Part shown: in pieces, positions 60,654-64,000 of the stretch | Layout of the letters: every line of letters starts with the position of its first letter | Position numbering within the stretch: the stretch's first letter is position 1 | Assembly (NCBI GenBank): GCA_016871055.1 | Contig: VFZW01000001.1 | Location: 2,561 to 66,560 of the forward strand | Direction: 5' to 3' | DNA length: 64,000 bases | From: Acidobacteriota bacterium | GTDB lineage: Bacteria; Acidobacteriota; Terriglobia; Bryobacterales; Bryobacteraceae | Notes under the pieces: generated by a model | Told to the model about the DNA's origin: nothing | What the model saw: only the letters and a program-made list of their open reading frames with translations | Databases searched by the model: none | Program-made: the position numbers and the translations under genes

Positions 60654-62014
60654 GCCAGAGCCTCGGGCTCTTCGATGCAACGACAATCGTCATGGGCTCG
60701 ATGATCGGATCGGGCGTGTTCATCGTCGCCGCCGATATCGGGCGCCAGGTCCATTCGCCGGGCCTGCTGATCATGGCGTGGGTGGTCACCGCGGTGCTAA
60801 CGCTGATCGCGGCGCTGGCCTACGGTGAGCTTGCCGCGGCGATGCCGAGGGCCGGCGGGCAGTATGTCTATCTACGCGAGGCATTCGGGCCTCTCTACGG
60901 TTTCCTCTATGGCTGGACGTTTTTCCTGGTGATTCAGACGGGCACGATCGCGGCCGTCGCCGTGGCGTTCGCCAAGTTCCTCGGCGTATTCGCGCCTTCG
61001 ATCGCGGCGTCGAACAAAGTGCTGCCGTTCCTGTCGACACAACAAATCACGGGTATTTTGTTGATCGTCGTGCTGACGTGGGTCAATTCGCGTGGCGTAC
61101 GCACGGGCGCGACGGTGCAAAACATCTTCACCGTCGCAAAGACCGCCGCGTTGCTGGGTCTGATCGGCGCGGGGTGGTTGGCGGGAAGAAATCCCGCTGC
61201 CATCGAACGCAACTTCGGCGGCGGAAATTTCTGGGGCACGGCCGATTGGTCGTGGGCGACTGTGCAGATGGTCGGCGTTGCACTGGTTGGATCGCTGTTT
61301 TCTTCCGACTCATGGAACAACGTGACGTTTACCGCCGGCGAAATGAAAAATCCGCGGCGCAATCTGCCGTTGTCGCTGGCGTTGGGCGTCGGGCTGGTCT
61401 CGATCATCTACATCGCATGCAATTACGTCTACCTGCTGGTCTTGCCGTTCGAGGGCATTCTCACCGCGCCGGAGGACCGCGTCGGGACAGCGGCGGCGAA
61501 GGCGATCTTCGGCGACCCGGCTGTTCAAATGATGGCCGGCGCGATCATGGTATCGACGTTTGGATGTGTCAACGGAATCACGCTGGCAGGGGCGCGAGTC
61601 ATCTACGCGATGGCGCTAGACAATCTCTTCTTCAAGGCGGCAGCGAAACTCGACCCGGAGACCAAGGCGCCGTCGACGGCGCTTTGGATTCAATGCCTCT
61701 GGGCCTCGGCGCTCACGCTGTCGGGCAGCTATAGCCAGTTGCTGGACTATGTTATATTCGCTGTTTTGCTTTTCTACATCCTGACGATTGTGGGTGTTTT
61801 CGTCTTGCGTAGAACAAGGCCCGCCATGGAACGACCCTACAAAACCTTCGGATACCCGCTTCTTCCGGCGGCCTACATCGTTCTGGCTGGTACCATCGAA
61901 GGTCTGTTGCTCATTCATAAGCCCGACTACACTTGGCCGGGCCTGATCATTGTCCTGCTCGGCATCCCGGTCTACTTCGCGTGGACCAAATCACAAAAAG
62001 AGGTCAAAGCATGA
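60629..62014 (+). CDS. APC-superfamily amino-acid permease
   Basis: 461 aa, 12 TM helices. LGLFDATTIVMGSMIGSGVF and AYGELAAAMPRAGGQYVY motifs. Confidence 0.9.
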   Translation: MAEDTQQLSQSLGLFDATTIVMGSMIGSGVFIVAADIGRQVHSPGLLIMAWVVTAVLTLIAALAYGELAAAMPRAGGQYVYLREAFGPLYGFLYGWTFFLVIQTGTIAAVAVAFAKFLGVFAPSIAASNKVLPFLSTQQITGILLIVVLTWVNSRGVRTGATVQNIFTVAKTAALLGLIGAGWLAGRNPAAIERNFGGGNFWGTADWSWATVQMVGVALVGSLFSSDSWNNVTFTAGEMKNPRRNLPLSLALGVGLVSIIYIACNYVYLLVLPFEGILTAPEDRVGTAAAKAIFGDPAVQMMAGAIMVSTFGCVNGITLAGARVIYAMALDNLFFKAAAKLDPETKAPSTALWIQCLWASALTLSGSYSQLLDYVIFAVLLFYILTIVGVFVLRRTRPAMERPYKTFGYPLLPAAYIVLAGTIEGLLLIHKPDYTWPGLIIVLLGIPVYFAWTKSQKEVKA

Positions 62015-63459
62015 GTCTGTTCGCGACCAAACCGCTGGATCGCATCCTAAAGGAATCCGAGGGCGGCGAGCACCAACTGAAACGAACTCTGTCGGCAACG
62101 CAGTTGGTGGCGCTCGGCATCGGCGCCATTATCGGCGCGGGCCTGTTCTCATTGACGGGCCAGGCCGCCGCCAATAATGCCGGTCCGGCGATCATGATCT
62201 CCTTCGTGGTTGCAGCGATCGGATGCGTATTCGCGGGCCTCTGCTATAGCGAGTTCTCGACGATGATTCCCGTGGCCGGCTCGGCGTACACGTACTCCTA
62301 CGCAACGATGGGCGAGTTGTTCGCCTGGATTATCGGATGGGATCTGGTGTTGGAGTACGCCGTCGGCGCTTCGACAGTGGCGACCAGTTGGTCGCGATAT
62401 GTGGTGAGCCTGCTGAAAGACTTCGGCATTCATTTCCCTTTGCAGTTCGCGGCGGGACCGTTTGAAGGCATCAAGCTGCCGGATGGCACCGAAGTCGCCT
62501 CCGGGATTATCAATCTGCCCGCGGTGGTAATCGTGTGCCTGGTCTCGGCGCTGCTAATCATCGGCATACAGGAATCGGCGAAGGTGAACTCGATTATCGT
62601 CGTGGTCAAATTGTCGGTCATCGTGCTGTTCATCGCCTTCGGCTGGGCCTATGTGAACCCGGCGAACCATGTGCCGCTTATTCCCGACAACGTAACCGGC
62701 GAGTTCGGGAAATACGGGTGGTCCGGCATCATACGCGGGGCGGGCGTTATCTTCTTCGCCTATATCGGATTCGACGCCGTTTCAACGGCCGCCCAGGAAG
62801 CCAAGCGCCCGCAGCGCGATATGCCGATCGGCATTATCGGGTCATTGCTGGTCTGCACCGTTCTCTACATCCTCTTTGCCTACGTGTTAACCGGTATCGT
62901 GAACTACAAAGAGCTGAACGATCCGGCCGCGGTGGGCTTGGCGATCGACCGCACGCCATACATTTGGCTGCGCATGTGGGTGAAGTTCGCGATCATCGCC
63001 GGCTACACGTCGGTGATTCTTGTTATGCTTCTGGGACAGAGCCGCGTGTTTTTCTCGATGTCGCGCGACGGCCTGTTGCCGAAGCTGTTCTCGACAGTGC
63101 ACCCGACTCGTTTAACGCCGTGGCGTAGCAACCTGCTATTCATGGTTCTCGTCAGCGTTATGTCGGCCTTCATTCCGATGTCCCACCTCGGCGAGGCGAC
63201 CAGCATCGGCACGCTCTTCGCGTTTGTGCTCGTTTGCGCGGGCATACTTGTGATGCGCAAGTCGAATCCGAGCCTCGAGCGTCCGTTCAAGACGCCGCTC
63301 GTTCCGACCGTGCCTGTACTCGGAATCCTGGTGAATCTTTATCTGATGTACGGACTCGGCCTAGAGAACTGGCTACGGCTGTTTATCTGGATGGGCCTCG
63401 GTCTCGCCGTCTATTTCGGATACAGCCGGCGCCACAGCCGCCTCCGCAACAACTCCTGA
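62011..63459 (+). CDS. APC-superfamily amino-acid permease (cationic amino-acid transporter/YfnA-like)
   Basis: LKRTLSATQLVALGIGAIIGAGLF, CYSEFSTMIPVAGSAYTYSY. ATG at 62011 overlaps the upstream stop (ATGA). Confidence 0.9.
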   Translation: MSLFATKPLDRILKESEGGEHQLKRTLSATQLVALGIGAIIGAGLFSLTGQAAANNAGPAIMISFVVAAIGCVFAGLCYSEFSTMIPVAGSAYTYSYATMGELFAWIIGWDLVLEYAVGASTVATSWSRYVVSLLKDFGIHFPLQFAAGPFEGIKLPDGTEVASGIINLPAVVIVCLVSALLIIGIQESAKVNSIIVVVKLSVIVLFIAFGWAYVNPANHVPLIPDNVTGEFGKYGWSGIIRGAGVIFFAYIGFDAVSTAAQEAKRPQRDMPIGIIGSLLVCTVLYILFAYVLTGIVNYKELNDPAAVGLAIDRTPYIWLRMWVKFAIIAGYTSVILVMLLGQSRVFFSMSRDGLLPKLFSTVHPTRLTPWRSNLLFMVLVSVMSAFIPMSHLGEATSIGTLFAFVLVCAGILVMRKSNPSLERPFKTPLVPTVPVLGILVNLYLMYGLGLENWLRLFIWMGLGLAVYFGYSRRHSRLRNNS

Positions 63460-64000
63460 TCCGTTAACGATGGAGTCCGCGTGCGCCGCGGTCTTTTTCA
63501 GAATCTCGGTTCTGGAGTTTCCGCGCAAACGCATCAGCGCCTTACTGCCGGCGTGGCCTTGGCGAGCTTTTAGCGCTAGGGCGAATGACGACACACGGTG
63601 GTGCTGGTCCTTTAGTCCCCGCTCAATGAACGATTGGAAGAGGCCGATCTCGGCGCGTTGCGAGATCCCTTCGAGAAGATTGGAACGTACGCGCGGGTCC
63701 GGATTCTGGAATAGTTCCTCGACTAGGTCGGGAGAATCGACAGTCCGGCCCAGAATCTTGGCGACTTTCGATTGCACGCGGCGGTCCGGAAATTTCGAGA
63801 ACTTGAGAAGCGTCATTGCAAGCCGCTGCGGCTCGGCGAGCCGCGCCAGGATCTCGAGCGCACGGAGCACTTCGTCGGCCGGGACCTCTTCGGGCCATAG
63901 CCGGTTCGCCAGCAACCGTCGCAGCAGTTTCGTATCGAAGAGCGGATCGTTCTGCATCGCGCATTCGCTCAACCGAATCGCGTCTTGTACGCTTAGAACG
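63373..64000 (-). CDS. HEAT/ARM-like repeat protein (frame open to window edge; start uncertain)
   Basis: Helical repeats with DRRVQSKVAKILG, NPDPRVRSNLLEGI, KDQHHRVSSFALAL (HEAT_2-like). The frame stays open beyond the TTG at 63972. The 3' end overlaps the convergent permease by 87 nt. Confidence 0.5.
   Translation of the reverse strand, partial: VLSVQDAIRLSECAMQNDPLFDTKLLRRLLANRLWPEEVPADEVLRALEILARLAEPQRLAMTLLKFSKFPDRRVQSKVAKILGRTVDSPDLVEELFQNPDPRVRSNLLEGISQRAEIGLFQSFIERGLKDQHHRVSSFALALKARQGHAGSKALMRLRGNSRTEILKKTAAHADSIVNGSGVVAEAAVAPAVSEIDGETEAHPDKQP

Overview
High-GC (roughly 60%), densely coding chromosomal window. I call about 58 protein-coding loci and found no rRNA, tRNA, CRISPR array, transposase, integrase or phage gene. 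Gene content points to an Acidobacteriota genome of the Solibacter/Bryobacter type; this is inference only. The relevant families are CarboxypepD_reg-type TonB-dependent outer-membrane proteins, a DUF1549/DUF1553 + DUF1501 pair, a Ser/Thr kinase fused to a TolB-like propeller, a fused MFS/spermidine-synthase-like protein, and several Tat-signal enzymes.

Recognisable housekeeping genes: pta, mdh, copZ-copA, folE, cysD-cysN, thiE, two APC amino-acid permeases, MFS transporters and a GlcD-like FAD oxidase.

Genes are tightly packed and often overlap by 4 nt at stop/start junctions (ATGA or TTGA at 2093, 13625, 15000, 29174, 31294, 34401, 41975, 53108, 55416, 62011).

I see no canonical defence or mobile island. 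The best candidates for undescribed biology are:
1. Two tandem paralogous ~90-aa ORFs of no family I recognise (27982-28543). They sit inside an eight-gene co-directional array with an ECF sigma / membrane-protein pair.
2. A cNMP-sensing histidine kinase paired with a response regulator fused to glutaredoxin-like and thioredoxin-reductase-like domains. Both redox motifs have lost their cysteines.
3. A folE + two tandem 6-pyruvoyl-tetrahydropterin-synthase paralogs, with no queC or queE nearby.
4. A bacterial SET-domain methyltransferase plus an unannotated 38-aa membrane ORF, placed directly upstream of copZ-copA behind a near-consensus promoter.
5. cysD-cysN with a degenerate APS-kinase-like tail, translationally coupled to a methyltransferase that carries a signal peptide.

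Four loci carry inactivating lesions: a TonB-dependent receptor with 3 in-frame stops and a frameshift, a serine hydrolase frameshifted at a G7 run, an AraC regulator with an in-frame TAG, and an Ig-like/Pro-rich ORF split by TAA.

All functional calls come from motif recognition by eye. No database search was run.
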